Below are positions 9,939 through 19,519 of a DNA stretch of 64,000 nucleotides, in pieces. Within the stretch, counting starts at the first letter, position 1. Every line of letters starts with the position of its first letter. The stretch comes from an uncultured virus (IMG/VR IMGVR_UViG_3300042691_029418). Taxonomy: Duplodnaviria; Heunggongvirae; Uroviricota; Caudoviricetes. A model generated the notes under the pieces. The model saw nothing but the letters and a program-made list of their open reading frames with translations, had not been told where the DNA came from and made no database searches. The DNA is taken from IMG/VR virus record IMGVR_UViG_3300042691_029418; one strand, 5' to 3'. Both the position numbers and the translations under genes were made by a program.

Positions 9939-10411
9939 CGATTGGTGCGATACTGAATATTATCCTTGATCGTATTATAGTCTGAACTGCTGCCAGAAAG
10001 CAAGCTGTCATCGACCATCATCACCTCATCAAACCCAGTACGTTCAATGATTTTGGTCTTGATTTCTAACTGTTTCTTTTCTTTTTGGATTCTCCTCAGA
10101 AATGCATAATGAATAATCTGAGTGAAATAAGCAAAAGGATTCTTAGACTTCTCTGGATCAAAGTTGTGAATGTACTGAACACAATTTTCAATTCCGTCAG
10201 AAATCATATCCTCACGGAACATATAGTTGACGAAGTTTGGTTTATATGATAAATGAGTCGCAATCTTTAGAAAACACTCACCCAAGTAATTTGTAATACG
10301 GGGTTTAGGAAGACCTGCCTCTTTAGCAGCAGCAACCTTTGACCGATAAACAATCAGTGCTTCTAATAATTCCTTATTATTTACATAATGTTCTGTTTTC
10401 TTCTTGGGCAT
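9935..10411 (-). CDS. gp55: Late transcription sigma factor
   Basis: HYVNNKE, NFVNYMFREDMISDG, NPFAYFTQI...AFLRRI. Confidence 0.97.
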   Translation of the reverse strand: MPKKKTEHYVNNKELLEALIVYRSKVAAAKEAGLPKPRITNYLGECFLKIATHLSYKPNFVNYMFREDMISDGIENCVQYIHNFDPEKSKNPFAYFTQIIHYAFLRRIQKEKKQLEIKTKIIERTGFDEVMMVDDSLLSGSSSDYNTIKDNIQYRTNR

Positions 10412-10443
10412 AGCATTGGACTCATTTATAATAACTTTTGTTT

Positions 10444-10495
10444 ATTATAACACATTTTAAAGGGGCTTGACAAGATATAAAATTACAAGTAGACT
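10444..10495. promoter_or_regulatory. Overlapping divergent sigma70-like promoters upstream of gp55
   Basis: Minus strand TTGTCA-18-TATAAT with TG extension; plus strand TTGACA-17-TAGACT. Confidence 0.6.
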
Positions 10496-10522
10496 AGGTT
10501 TGTCTCCGTTGAAGATGAGAAT

Positions 10523-10930
10523 CTAGCTTTCTTTAAGACCTTTAAAGATTCTCTCAAGTTTCTTGCGAGCATCTTCCACAGAAGATACATAACCCATCTT
10601 AGTTGATGGTTTGACTTTACCAGAAGGGTTATAAACGTCAAATATATCATCATCTTCAATGTAATCGTTGTAGATATTGATGAGTCTTTTATCTTTAGTC
10701 TCAGTCATTGTGATAATTTTATCAAGTTTGATCATAAAGAAGTCATCACTTGCCATTTCAATCCATGGTTTAACTTTCAGATGCATACCATTTTGATTAT
10801 GAAATGCTTTCATGGTAACTGGATTTTGAAGGACAATAACAGGATCTCCTTCATTCTCATCTACCATGATTAATGATAGAATTTCCTCACCAGATACTAG
10901 TTTAATAATTGCGTAAAACTCTTCTCCCAT
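10523..10930 (-). CDS. Conserved T4-like protein between uvsW and gp55 (possible Sm-like fold)
   Basis: IKLVSGEEI...NP...PW pattern; synteny. Confidence 0.7.
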   Translation of the reverse strand: MGEEFYAIIKLVSGEEILSLIMVDENEGDPVIVLQNPVTMKAFHNQNGMHLKVKPWIEMASDDFFMIKLDKIITMTETKDKRLINIYNDYIEDDDIFDVYNPSGKVKPSTKMGYVSSVEDARKKLERIFKGLKES

Positions 10931-12393
10931 TAGTTCTTTATCGGTATGTTTACAATATCATAATTAAAGTTTTCTTCGTTATAAACTTTGATTCTTTCTA
11001 TTAGATGATTGAGTGTATAATTTTTTCTTGACTTATAACTGATATCATCGGCAATGTCATATAGAGTTGCCTTTGTTTTATTGTCTCCTTTTCTCAGGAC
11101 TCTTCCGATTGATTGGAGGTTTCTGATTCTTGATTTACTAGGGGAAGCAAAGATAACATTATGTAAATTTCTGATATTAACACCAGTAGAAAAAGTTCCG
11201 TAAGAAGCAACGATGATTGCATTATTTTCTTTTTCTGTAATTTCTCTGACTTTTTCTCGGTTTTCAGTATCAACACCACCATGAACAAAGAAGACATGTC
11301 GATCTTCATTGATACTCTTATTTATGAGTTCGTATAAAGGTTGTCCGTGTCCTTCGACTCTAGAAAATAGAATCAGAGTATTGCCTTTAAGATCAAGGGC
11401 AAGGTTTTTTATAAACTTATTGCGTTTCTCGTGATTGATGATATATTGGACCTCATCCTCAAAAGTCTCAAACTTATTTGGTGGGTGCTTCAGTAGAAGT
11501 ATATTAATATCTAAAGTGGCAACATGACCCTTTTGCATCAGCTCCTCTGTTCTGATGATTTTGTATGAAGGACCAAATAAACCTTCCAGAACCCACTTAT
11601 GCGTTTGTGTACCGTCTAGAGTGCCAGTAAATCCGAAGCGATATTTTGCATCAGAAAGTTTTGTCATTATAGATACTAATGACTTTGATTTAAACTGGTG
11701 TGCTTCATCTCCAACGACCACATTAAATCTTGAGAAATATTGTCGGGGAAGTTTGTAGATGGACTGCCAGGTTGTAATGATCACCTGAGAGTCTGTTTCT
11801 CTTTCCTTTCCCGCATAGATCTTGTGGCAATATGAACCCACATCCCACCCATAATCTGCAAAGTCTTTATACATCTGCTCTACAAGGGATGTCGTTGGAA
11901 CGACTATCAGAGTATTTTGTCCTTTCTCAACGTAATATCTCACAATCGAATATATCATCAACGACTTTCCAGAGGCAGTTGGAGATATCAACAACTTTCT
12001 ATTGTGTCTTAAAGCGTCGTATACTCCCTCAACTTGGTACTCACGGGGGTCATACTTGCAAATAGAGTTCATGTAATCTTTTACACCTTCCTTTGAAATC
12101 ATCTCATTGACTTCAAAAGGAAGACCATAAAATTTATTGTTTGCAAACTCATAAGTGTATTCATGATTTTCACAAAATCTTATGAGTTTGTCTAATAATC
12201 CAACGTATATTTCACCGTTCTGAGTATTGAATAATCTTATCTTTCCATCCCAGTGTCGATTACGAAACTGGGGCATAAACTTAGCGCCTGGTACGTCGAA
12301 TGTGAACTGATCCGCAAGTTCATAATAGACGTGAGGTTCTGCCTTTACCTGAAGATAAACCTCATTCTTTTTTGAAATGATCAAATGAGACAT
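10930..12393 (-). CDS. uvsW: SF2 DNA/RNA-DNA helicase UvsW
   Basis: SPTASGKS, DEAH, TGT, QSIGRVLR. Confidence 0.97.
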   Translation of the reverse strand: MSHLIISKKNEVYLQVKAEPHVYYELADQFTFDVPGAKFMPQFRNRHWDGKIRLFNTQNGEIYVGLLDKLIRFCENHEYTYEFANNKFYGLPFEVNEMISKEGVKDYMNSICKYDPREYQVEGVYDALRHNRKLLISPTASGKSLMIYSIVRYYVEKGQNTLIVVPTTSLVEQMYKDFADYGWDVGSYCHKIYAGKERETDSQVIITTWQSIYKLPRQYFSRFNVVVGDEAHQFKSKSLVSIMTKLSDAKYRFGFTGTLDGTQTHKWVLEGLFGPSYKIIRTEELMQKGHVATLDINILLLKHPPNKFETFEDEVQYIINHEKRNKFIKNLALDLKGNTLILFSRVEGHGQPLYELINKSINEDRHVFFVHGGVDTENREKVREITEKENNAIIVASYGTFSTGVNIRNLHNVIFASPSKSRIRNLQSIGRVLRKGDNKTKATLYDIADDISYKSRKNYTLNHLIERIKVYNEENFNYDIVNIPIKN

Positions 12394-12425
12394 TCATAAA
12401 ATATCAGTTACTAATATTTATTGTC

Positions 12426-12857
12426 TTAATTAAATCCTGCTTGGAAACGATGCCATTCGATTGCGTTTTTGATTTGAAAAGTTCTGTTGGAAATCGTTCG
12501 AATAACTTCTTCTAGAAACTTGAGCATAATATCATAGTATCTGATTTTCAGATCTATTTTATTCAGTCTCTCATCGGCATCCATGTGCCTCTGTAGTGCA
12601 TCTTTATCTCTGACCTTATATGGGAAAGGTTCTTCCTCGTAGACTTCAATAGGTGCCTTTCCTGTGTAATAATTGTATCGATCGAGTTTGACCTTGCTAT
12701 AAGTTTCTCTTGCCTTTTCTCTCAGTAAAGTAATAGTATTATAGATGGTATAATATTTTGCATGAAGTTGAGGAATTTTTAAAGATTCATCATGTAAATT
12801 ATCAGGATCGATAACAGAATCTCTCTGCCACATCTCCTGAATTTCATCGAGATTCAT
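12426..12857 (-). CDS. uvsY: Recombination mediator UvsY
   Basis: IPQLHAKY...FQIKNAIEW.RF.AG; synteny. Confidence 0.92.
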   Translation of the reverse strand: MNLDEIQEMWQRDSVIDPDNLHDESLKIPQLHAKYYTIYNTITLLREKARETYSKVKLDRYNYYTGKAPIEVYEEEPFPYKVRDKDALQRHMDADERLNKIDLKIRYYDIMLKFLEEVIRTISNRTFQIKNAIEWHRFQAGFN

Positions 12858-13396
12858 AAAGGTTGTCCGTTTTTATCCAGGATACTGTAGATAGTATACT
12901 TGAAAGTGGCATCTGCTGTAAAGTACTGGATATCTGTGTCACTTGCTTCAAATTCCAACGAACTCAAATAAACTGGAAATAAATCTTTAAATTTTACAAT
13001 CGCAGTGGTATTATAGTTACTGTTTAAGATATAGACACTTCCATCACTGAAAGCATTTAATGGATCTTGAATATTATCTTCGGTAATAAAATCTTTGTAT
13101 TGCTTGGTTGATTCTGGATATCCAAGACCAGTTAACCAATTGTGAATTGCCATATAGTTCTCAAGATTTTCATCAACTAAAAATCTTAGAGAAAAATCAC
13201 CATAGGTTAATTTGTCGCCAGGGACATCAATATCTTTGAGGTAACTTGGTTGTAGAGCAGTTCCTAAAGAGATCTCAGGTATTCTAAGTGAATTGCAAAA
13301 AAAGGCAACCTTGGGTTCTTTTGCCAGAGTAAATTTAAAACCGACTGGAGATAGAAAATTTCTATTTCCAATTTGCCTATCAAAAGCAGTTGCCAT
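12854..13396 (-). CDS. gp3: Tail tube terminator / tail completion protein
   Basis: NFLSP.GFKF...PGDKL.Y..L.F.VDE...Y..I..W. Confidence 0.88.
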   Translation of the reverse strand: MATAFDRQIGNRNFLSPVGFKFTLAKEPKVAFFCNSLRIPEISLGTALQPSYLKDIDVPGDKLTYGDFSLRFLVDENLENYMAIHNWLTGLGYPESTKQYKDFITEDNIQDPLNAFSDGSVYILNSNYNTTAIVKFKDLFPVYLSSLEFEASDTDIQYFTADATFKYTIYSILDKNGQPL

Positions 13397-13417
13397 AAGT
13401 TTTATTTTTATTTAGAT

Positions 13418-13443
13418 AAAAAAAGACCCCCTTGCGGGGGTCT
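13418..13443 (-). terminator. Intrinsic terminator after gp23
   Basis: AGACCCCC-GCAA-GGGGGTCT followed by a T-run. Confidence 0.9.
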
Positions 13444-13463
13444 GATAGATATGTGAATCGAGA

Positions 13464-14855
13464 TCACATAAGGTTGGTAACACGTACTCTTCTGTAGTAA
13501 CGGTTTGCGTTAGCAGTAAGAGCACTGGTTCCAGCAGCAGTACCAGAAGCAAGAGCACCGTTATTGGCGAATGGGTTAGCAACAACACCATAACGGGTCT
13601 TAAAGCCAATCTTAGGCTGGAAGGTGTTCTCACCAACGGCACGAACCATTTGGAGAGGAACGTATGGGCAATAGAAGAGACCTGCATCGTAAGGTGAGGA
13701 ACCCTTATAACCAACAACGTAGTACTGAGCACCACCACCAGCAGAACCAACGTTTGCCGAATATGGATCGATGTAGACTCTGTACTTACCTTGGAGAACA
13801 CCAGCAAAGGTGTTACCAGTGTCATCTACGTTTAGGTTTGCATTGAGGGCAGGAGTATAATCCAGAACACCAGCCATGGTCAGTGCTGAAGCAACGTCAG
13901 CAGAGCACATGATGATGTTGCCCTTCCCTCTACGAGTTCTCTGAGCAATTGCGTTTGCGTCTCTTTCGATCTGGAAGATCAGACCCTTGAACTTCTCAAC
14001 CGACCAACGACCGTTGGAGTCAACGTCAAGGTCAAACGTACCTGCGGTAGCAACGTTTGACTGAGCACCTGCTTCAGCAACGTTGTAGATGGTACGGATG
14101 ATTTCACGGTTGATTTCAGCAAGAATCTCAGTTGACAGAATGTTTGCCAACTCAGCTTCTGCATTCAGACCGTGGATTGCCTTAAGGTCCTGAGCAAGCT
14201 CAAGTGAGTACTCGGCTTTCAGAGCTCTTGAACGTGCGGTAACAGTGACTTTCTCGATCGAGAATGCCATCTCGTTGAACGAACCAGAATCTCCACCAAG
14301 GTTCTCCGAATCACCGGTATTCATACCAGTGTTTACGTTATAGGTGCCAGAGTCGTTCAGAACTGCAGGGTTGTCGCCAGTTTGAGCTGCGGTAGTACCG
14401 ATACCAGTTGCACTAAGGCTGTTTGCAGCATTCTGACCAGAGAATCTAGCATTTGCTTCGTTGAAGAATGCTTCATCACCAGTCTGGCTGGTATAACGTG
14501 AACGCATTGCGAAGATAAGTCCAGTAGGACCGTTCATTGGTTGAACACCTGCTAGGTCATATGCGACCAGGTTAGGCATTGCACGTCTGATCAGGGAGAT
14601 CAGAACAGGATCGAAACCTGCAACAGGAGCATTGGCAAGACCACCGAATGCACCTGAAGCACCAACAGCATTACCTGAGTTGGTGATTGGGGTTTCTGAA
14701 AGGAACTCACGCTCTTCACGGAGTGTTTTTTCTTGGTTCTCCAGGAGAACTGCGGTCACCATTCTGCGATGTGCATCTTTGATTTCTCCAAGACCACTAT
14801 AGTCTAGGAGTGGTGCCCACTTCTCCTGCAGTTGTTCTGCATTGAACATTTGCAT
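13464..14855 (-). CDS. gp23: Major capsid protein
   Basis: GVQPMNGPTGLIFAMR, SRALKAEYSLELAQDLKAIHG, FQPKIGFKTRYG. Confidence 0.99.
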   Translation of the reverse strand: MQMFNAEQLQEKWAPLLDYSGLGEIKDAHRRMVTAVLLENQEKTLREEREFLSETPITNSGNAVGASGAFGGLANAPVAGFDPVLISLIRRAMPNLVAYDLAGVQPMNGPTGLIFAMRSRYTSQTGDEAFFNEANARFSGQNAANSLSATGIGTTAAQTGDNPAVLNDSGTYNVNTGMNTGDSENLGGDSGSFNEMAFSIEKVTVTARSRALKAEYSLELAQDLKAIHGLNAEAELANILSTEILAEINREIIRTIYNVAEAGAQSNVATAGTFDLDVDSNGRWSVEKFKGLIFQIERDANAIAQRTRRGKGNIIMCSADVASALTMAGVLDYTPALNANLNVDDTGNTFAGVLQGKYRVYIDPYSANVGSAGGGAQYYVVGYKGSSPYDAGLFYCPYVPLQMVRAVGENTFQPKIGFKTRYGVVANPFANNGALASGTAAGTSALTANANRYYRRVRVTNLM

Positions 14856-14900
14856 TGATTTTACCTCTTTAGGAAAGTTAGTTTGACTATGATCTATAAA

Positions 14901-16031
14901 TCACTTTTTAGAAACTCTATTCAGAGTTTGAAGGTACGTTTCCATCAAACCAGAAACTGCTTGATGATTATGCTCTAAACCTTCAGAAATAGTCTCTGAG
15001 TTGTTTCTTTGAGTACCAGCATTAGATGGGAAATATGATTCCCTCAATGTTACTAGTTTCTCACGATAGTCCTCTTCACTATCAAACTCAACATTTTCGG
15101 CAAGAGAAGCGAGTTTGTCCTTCTGAGAAAGTGCAAGACCCTCAGCGACATCTGCAAAAATTACATCAGCAACCGACTCTGCTAATCTTCTATTCAGAGC
15201 AACATTTCTTTCGATTTGCTCGTTGAGTTTTTCTTCCATTTCATCAAGTTTATCTACCATGCTCTCGATTACATCATATCTATCTTCAGGGATTGTTACA
15301 TAATGATCTTCAAAAAGACTCTTCATTCCCACGAGGAATGATTCGGTCATTTCAGTCTTAAGACCGTGCTCAATTGCGAGTGCATTTTCTTGAACCCACT
15401 CATCAGCAACATACTCAAGGTATGCATCGACACGATCAATAAGTTCTTCTTTAATAAGTTGAACTTCTTCTACTAGTGATTCTTGATATTTTGCTTGTAG
15501 TTGCTCCTTAACGTCTGCAACTTTTGCCTTGATAGCAGCTTCAAAAATGGTACGTGCCTTCTCTTGGAATTCCTCGGAAAGTTCTTCACCAGCAAGAAGA
15601 GCATTGACATCTTCTTCAATGTCAAAAGATTCTTCTACTTCTTCTTCACTCTCTTCTTCTTCGGATTCTTCCTCTTCGGTTTCCTCAAATTCTTCTTCCT
15701 CATCACCTTCGACTTCTTCGTCTTCTACTAAATCTTCATCATCTTCTGCTTCTTCCTTAACAGCACCTGCTGCAAGTTTCTGCATTGGATCGGCAGGCTT
15801 GGCACCTTTATTTACAATATCTTTCACTTGGGAAAGAGTTGCGGAAGGTTCCTTCAGCTTGGCTGAATCATTGTCTGACTTATAGTTTTCTGGGGTAGGA
15901 CCACCTAAATCTTCCCAACTTCCAGTTTGTCCAGGAGCAATACCTGTTGACAACTTTGGCATTGGTTCAGACTTAGCAGCACCTTTAGTTACTACGTTTT
16001 CCATTTCTTGTAAATTGCTACCAACGGACAT
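14901..16031 (-). CDS. gp22: Prohead core scaffolding protein
   Basis: Acidic; LSEEFQEKARTIFEAA, YLEYVADEW; lies between gp21 and gp23. Confidence 0.93.
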   Translation of the reverse strand: MSVGSNLQEMENVVTKGAAKSEPMPKLSTGIAPGQTGSWEDLGGPTPENYKSDNDSAKLKEPSATLSQVKDIVNKGAKPADPMQKLAAGAVKEEAEDDEDLVEDEEVEGDEEEEFEETEEEESEEEESEEEVEESFDIEEDVNALLAGEELSEEFQEKARTIFEAAIKAKVADVKEQLQAKYQESLVEEVQLIKEELIDRVDAYLEYVADEWVQENALAIEHGLKTEMTESFLVGMKSLFEDHYVTIPEDRYDVIESMVDKLDEMEEKLNEQIERNVALNRRLAESVADVIFADVAEGLALSQKDKLASLAENVEFDSEEDYREKLVTLRESYFPSNAGTQRNNSETISEGLEHNHQAVSGLMETYLQTLNRVSKK

Positions 16032-16061
16032 TTGTTTAGATCTTTGAATATAATCTATATT

Positions 16062-16069
16062 TATTTATA
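16062..16069 (-). promoter_or_regulatory. T4-type late promoter TATAAATA
   Basis: Exact match upstream of gp22; others at 6778, 17187, 31713, 41105, 55142 and 61327. Confidence 0.8.
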
Positions 16070-16071
16070 AA

Positions 16072-16722
16072 TTATAGATTTGAAAGAAACTCATTAAATA
16101 GATTGAGTTTGTGCTCTTCAAGTTTCTTTTGATCTACAAGGGTATTAATTCTTCTTTGAGTTTGTTCGGCAAGTCTTTCACGAAGAATACCACCTTCCCA
16201 AACCCATTCTTTTCCCTCCATAATTCCCTGAACAAAGGCATCAGGGGCAGAAGGATCCGCCACAATATCAGCAGCAGTTGCTAACATGAAATCTTCACCA
16301 ACAATTTTATGACCTTCATTAGTCATCTTGAGTGATCCAACACCACGAGAAGAAACACCAAGAGTGACTCCTTCACTGATGAGTGATTTTGCAATCTTAC
16401 CCATTGGAGTTTCAAGAAGTTGTGCCTTACCTTTAAAATTGTTTCCCTCTTGGGAAAGAGAAACAATCTTGTGCGAAACTCGATCAAGGTTTACGGTTGG
16501 ACCGTCAGGATGTCCAAGTTCTCCAAGAGCACGACCTTTCTGAATAAAATTCTCGTTGTATCTTTTTACTTCACGGGAGAGAGTATCCATTGGATACATT
16601 CTGCCATTTCTATTGCAGATGTTTCCTTGTAGGAAAACACCTTCAATATACATTTTTTTGGCAGAACCTTTGCCCTCTACAATAAATTCTACTTTTTGAA
16701 TTTCTTCTGTGATGAGTTTCAT
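16072..16722 (-). CDS. gp21: Prohead protease
   Basis: NRNGRMYP, GELGHP, GVSSRGVGS, DIVADPSAPDA. Confidence 0.97.
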   Translation of the reverse strand: MKLITEEIQKVEFIVEGKGSAKKMYIEGVFLQGNICNRNGRMYPMDTLSREVKRYNENFIQKGRALGELGHPDGPTVNLDRVSHKIVSLSQEGNNFKGKAQLLETPMGKIAKSLISEGVTLGVSSRGVGSLKMTNEGHKIVGEDFMLATAADIVADPSAPDAFVQGIMEGKEWVWEGGILRERLAEQTQRRINTLVDQKKLEEHKLNLFNEFLSNL

Positions 16723-16727
16723 TGTTA

Positions 16728-16994
16728 CTAATTGGTAAATCCTACTTTTGCTGCTTTAATTGCTGGAGTTGTATAGAACACATCAGTTGGAAGTTTTGCT
16801 AAAAACTCTACACTATTTGCAGGCATACTGAAGAAAACACTAGATGCTGCACCAACAAACGTTGAAATTCCAACAGTTGCAATACCACCAGTGTTGTTAT
16901 GAAGTCTGACACAAGTGGCCTGACTAATACTTGATGCTGTTCCTGGAGTAGTTGGAGTCGCAATTTCAGTTGCAACTATCTTTGTGATTTGCAT
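16728..16994 (-). CDS. Hypothetical protein in the head cluster
   Basis: 88-aa ORF coupled to its neighbours. Confidence 0.7.
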   Translation of the reverse strand: MQITKIVATEIATPTTPGTASSISQATCVRLHNNTGGIATVGISTFVGAASSVFFSMPANSVEFLAKLPTDVFYTTPAIKAAKVGFTN

Positions 16995-17161
16995 TATTCC
17001 TCCTCTGTTTCTGATTCATCTTCATCAAACATTATTCCTGCAACCACTGGTTTTAGGGAATCAATTCTTTCGGATGCCTTCACAAACAATGCATTTTTAA
17101 TGCTGTCACTAATTTTTGATGCCGAAGAGTCAGTGGCAATCAAATTTACAATATCTTCCAT
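16994..17161 (-). CDS. Small acidic prohead core protein (gp67-like), 55 aa, not in ORF track
   Basis: MEDIVNLIATDSSASKISDSIKNALFVKASERID...DEDESETEEE after the portal gene; late promoter at 17187-17194. Confidence 0.7.
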   Translation of the reverse strand: MEDIVNLIATDSSASKISDSIKNALFVKASERIDSLKPVVAGIMFDEDESETEEE

Positions 17162-17189
17162 AAAATTTTAATACTGTTTATAGATGTAT

Positions 17190-18872
17190 TTATATTTCTG
17201 CCTTTTTAGTATCCTTTTGTAATTCTGCATCAGTAACTGATCCTTGTTGATCAAGATTCGGTTCTTCGGGAACAGCACCTAAGTCTCCCATTTCTCCCTC
17301 TGGGGGAAGTGGTTCTCCAGTAATCGGATCAACTGAATTTGGATCCGGAATAATTCCCTCTGCAATTTCTTTTTGAATTTGTCTATCCATTTCAATAATT
17401 TCACCATCAGTCTGACGAAGAACTTTTTTACGAACCCACTCACTTGAATAGTATTTACCAATATAGGGTTCAATCGTTGCAAGAGTTCCTAGTCTTTCAT
17501 TTAGAAGTTCTGATTCTTTAAGTTCTGCAAATTGATTATCATATAAGAAGTCATATTGAATATGATCACTAATTTCTTCCCAGTCTTCTGGACTTACAAT
17601 ATTTTTGAGAATCAATTGCGTTCTCAACATATCATTGAACATTTGAGCAAATCTTTTTCTCAAACGCCCAACAAATTTTGCAAACTTAAGTTCATCTCTT
17701 AAAATCTCTGAAGATCTTCCTAGATTGAATCCGCCATCACTTGCAATTCTTGATTCTGGAACTCCCAGTGCTCTATAAAGTTTCTTTTGAAAATATTCAA
17801 TGTCGGCAAGTTCGCCAAGATTTTGTCCACCAGGAAGAGTGGTAATTTCAGTTCCGCGACCACCTTCACGTCTTGGAAGCCAAAAGTCCTCAAGCATACT
17901 CATAAATTTGCGATCATCGCGAACTTCACCAGTATTTGCATCGTAAACAAGTTTGTTACGATAACGACTCATTACCTCTTTGAGATATTGCTCTGCTTTT
18001 ACCTTTGGAAGGTTGCCTACATCAATATAAAAAATACGACGTTCTGGTGCTCTTGATAAACGATAGATTACCAGTGAATCTTCAATCATTCTTAATTGAT
18101 TGAGAGATTTAATTGCTTTATGTAAGTAAGAAAGAACCGTTCCTCTATTTCTATCAACAAGTCCTGAAGTGCAATATGCTATAGAATCTTTTGCAATTTT
18201 GATTGAATTTTTTTGTTTTCCTACTCCAGCATTGAATCCACTATAAGTAATAGTGGGAGTGTATAAGAAATATTCTTCTATTTCTGGTGAAATATTATTG
18301 TAGTTACCTGTAAATCCTTCGAAATCATTTCCTGGATTAAAAGTCTTATCCTTTCCTTTTTTCTTTTCCTGCCTAATGAATTTAATTTTCATTGGGTCAA
18401 TATATCTTAATTCTTTAATTCCTTCCTGAGGATTTTTAATGTCAATGACTTTTAGATAGTATAGTCTTCCATCAACATACCAGTTTCTAAAAATCTCATG
18501 ACATTTTCTGTCGAAATCTAAAACTTCTTTAAGATATCTGAATTCATTTCTGATTGTCTTTTTTAACTTATCACTTGCATTTACATTTGACAATTCGATT
18601 TCAACGGGTGAATCGTAAAGATCACTTACAATTGCCTCATTTACAACATCTTCAATGGCATTGTCACACTCTGGGTGCAATGCCATTTCACGATATCTTT
18701 TAATGAGATCTTGTTCAGTTCTATAAACTCCTTCAATATCAACATACTGTCCATAAAATCCACTTGTTATATAATTATCAACCCCGTCCTCGTTATTTGG
18801 AGGTACGGGGGATACTATGGATTTTGATTTTTGTTCTTTATCTTCAATCGAAAAACCAAAGAGTTTCGCCAT
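17190..18872 (-). CDS. gp20: Portal vertex protein
   Basis: IYRLSRAPERRIFYIDVGNLPK, EDFWLPRREGGRGTEITTLPGG. Confidence 0.99.
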   Translation of the reverse strand: MAKLFGFSIEDKEQKSKSIVSPVPPNNEDGVDNYITSGFYGQYVDIEGVYRTEQDLIKRYREMALHPECDNAIEDVVNEAIVSDLYDSPVEIELSNVNASDKLKKTIRNEFRYLKEVLDFDRKCHEIFRNWYVDGRLYYLKVIDIKNPQEGIKELRYIDPMKIKFIRQEKKKGKDKTFNPGNDFEGFTGNYNNISPEIEEYFLYTPTITYSGFNAGVGKQKNSIKIAKDSIAYCTSGLVDRNRGTVLSYLHKAIKSLNQLRMIEDSLVIYRLSRAPERRIFYIDVGNLPKVKAEQYLKEVMSRYRNKLVYDANTGEVRDDRKFMSMLEDFWLPRREGGRGTEITTLPGGQNLGELADIEYFQKKLYRALGVPESRIASDGGFNLGRSSEILRDELKFAKFVGRLRKRFAQMFNDMLRTQLILKNIVSPEDWEEISDHIQYDFLYDNQFAELKESELLNERLGTLATIEPYIGKYYSSEWVRKKVLRQTDGEIIEMDRQIQKEIAEGIIPDPNSVDPITGEPLPPEGEMGDLGAVPEEPNLDQQGSVTDAELQKDTKKAEI

Positions 18873-18903
18873 TTTATAAACTTAACTTGTTATTATGTAC
18901 TAT

Positions 18904-19497
18904 TTAGTTGATGTTTTCACCACCAGCATTAGGTGATCCACCCTTATATGCTTCCCACCAGTGAACTTGCATTTCAACTGTGAATTCTTCAACGGTATCT
19001 GTAGTCTCGTAACTGAGATCAATTGTTGAAATATTGGTTGGGAAAATATCCCAGAACTTATACGATCTCAGAACAGATCCGTCACGATCTAGTTGATAAA
19101 CGAATGCATCTGCTTGATAATCTACTGGGTTTGTTGCACCAGTTGCATCAGACATTTTGTTAATATAATTCATCCACTTTTCGAAAGCAGAACGAATTGA
19201 AAAATCAGTGTCGTTAATGACGGTGATTGTCCAAGTATCAAAGGTTCTATCTCCAGCAATCTTTAAAATACGACCTCTGAAAGGAACTTCAATTGGAGTT
19301 ACGTTAGATGCTGGAAGTGCAGCTGCTTTTACAAGGAACCTTGCTTTTTGAAGAACTTCATTGTCTACTTGCACTTCAGTTGGAAATGCGAGTTCAACTT
19401 CAAACAGATTAGGTCTTGCACCACCACCAGATAACTTACTCTTGAAGTCAGTAATTTTTCTGAGTGGAATGTTATTTTGTTGTTGACGAGTTGCCAT
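18904..19497 (-). CDS. gp19: Tail tube protein
   Basis: GGARPNLFEV, FRGRILKIAGDRTFDTWT. Confidence 0.96.
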   Translation of the reverse strand: MATRQQQNNIPLRKITDFKSKLSGGGARPNLFEVELAFPTEVQVDNEVLQKARFLVKAAALPASNVTPIEVPFRGRILKIAGDRTFDTWTITVINDTDFSIRSAFEKWMNYINKMSDATGATNPVDYQADAFVYQLDRDGSVLRSYKFWDIFPTNISTIDLSYETTDTVEEFTVEMQVHWWEAYKGGSPNAGGENIN

Positions 19498-19519
19498 AGT
19501 TCTTAAACCTCTAAATTAA

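Noticed and set aside
13412..13825. 137-aa alternative-frame ORF over the gp23 3' end (possible frameshift product)
   Set aside because: L/V-rich off-frame composition expected from codon bias; no slippery site identified
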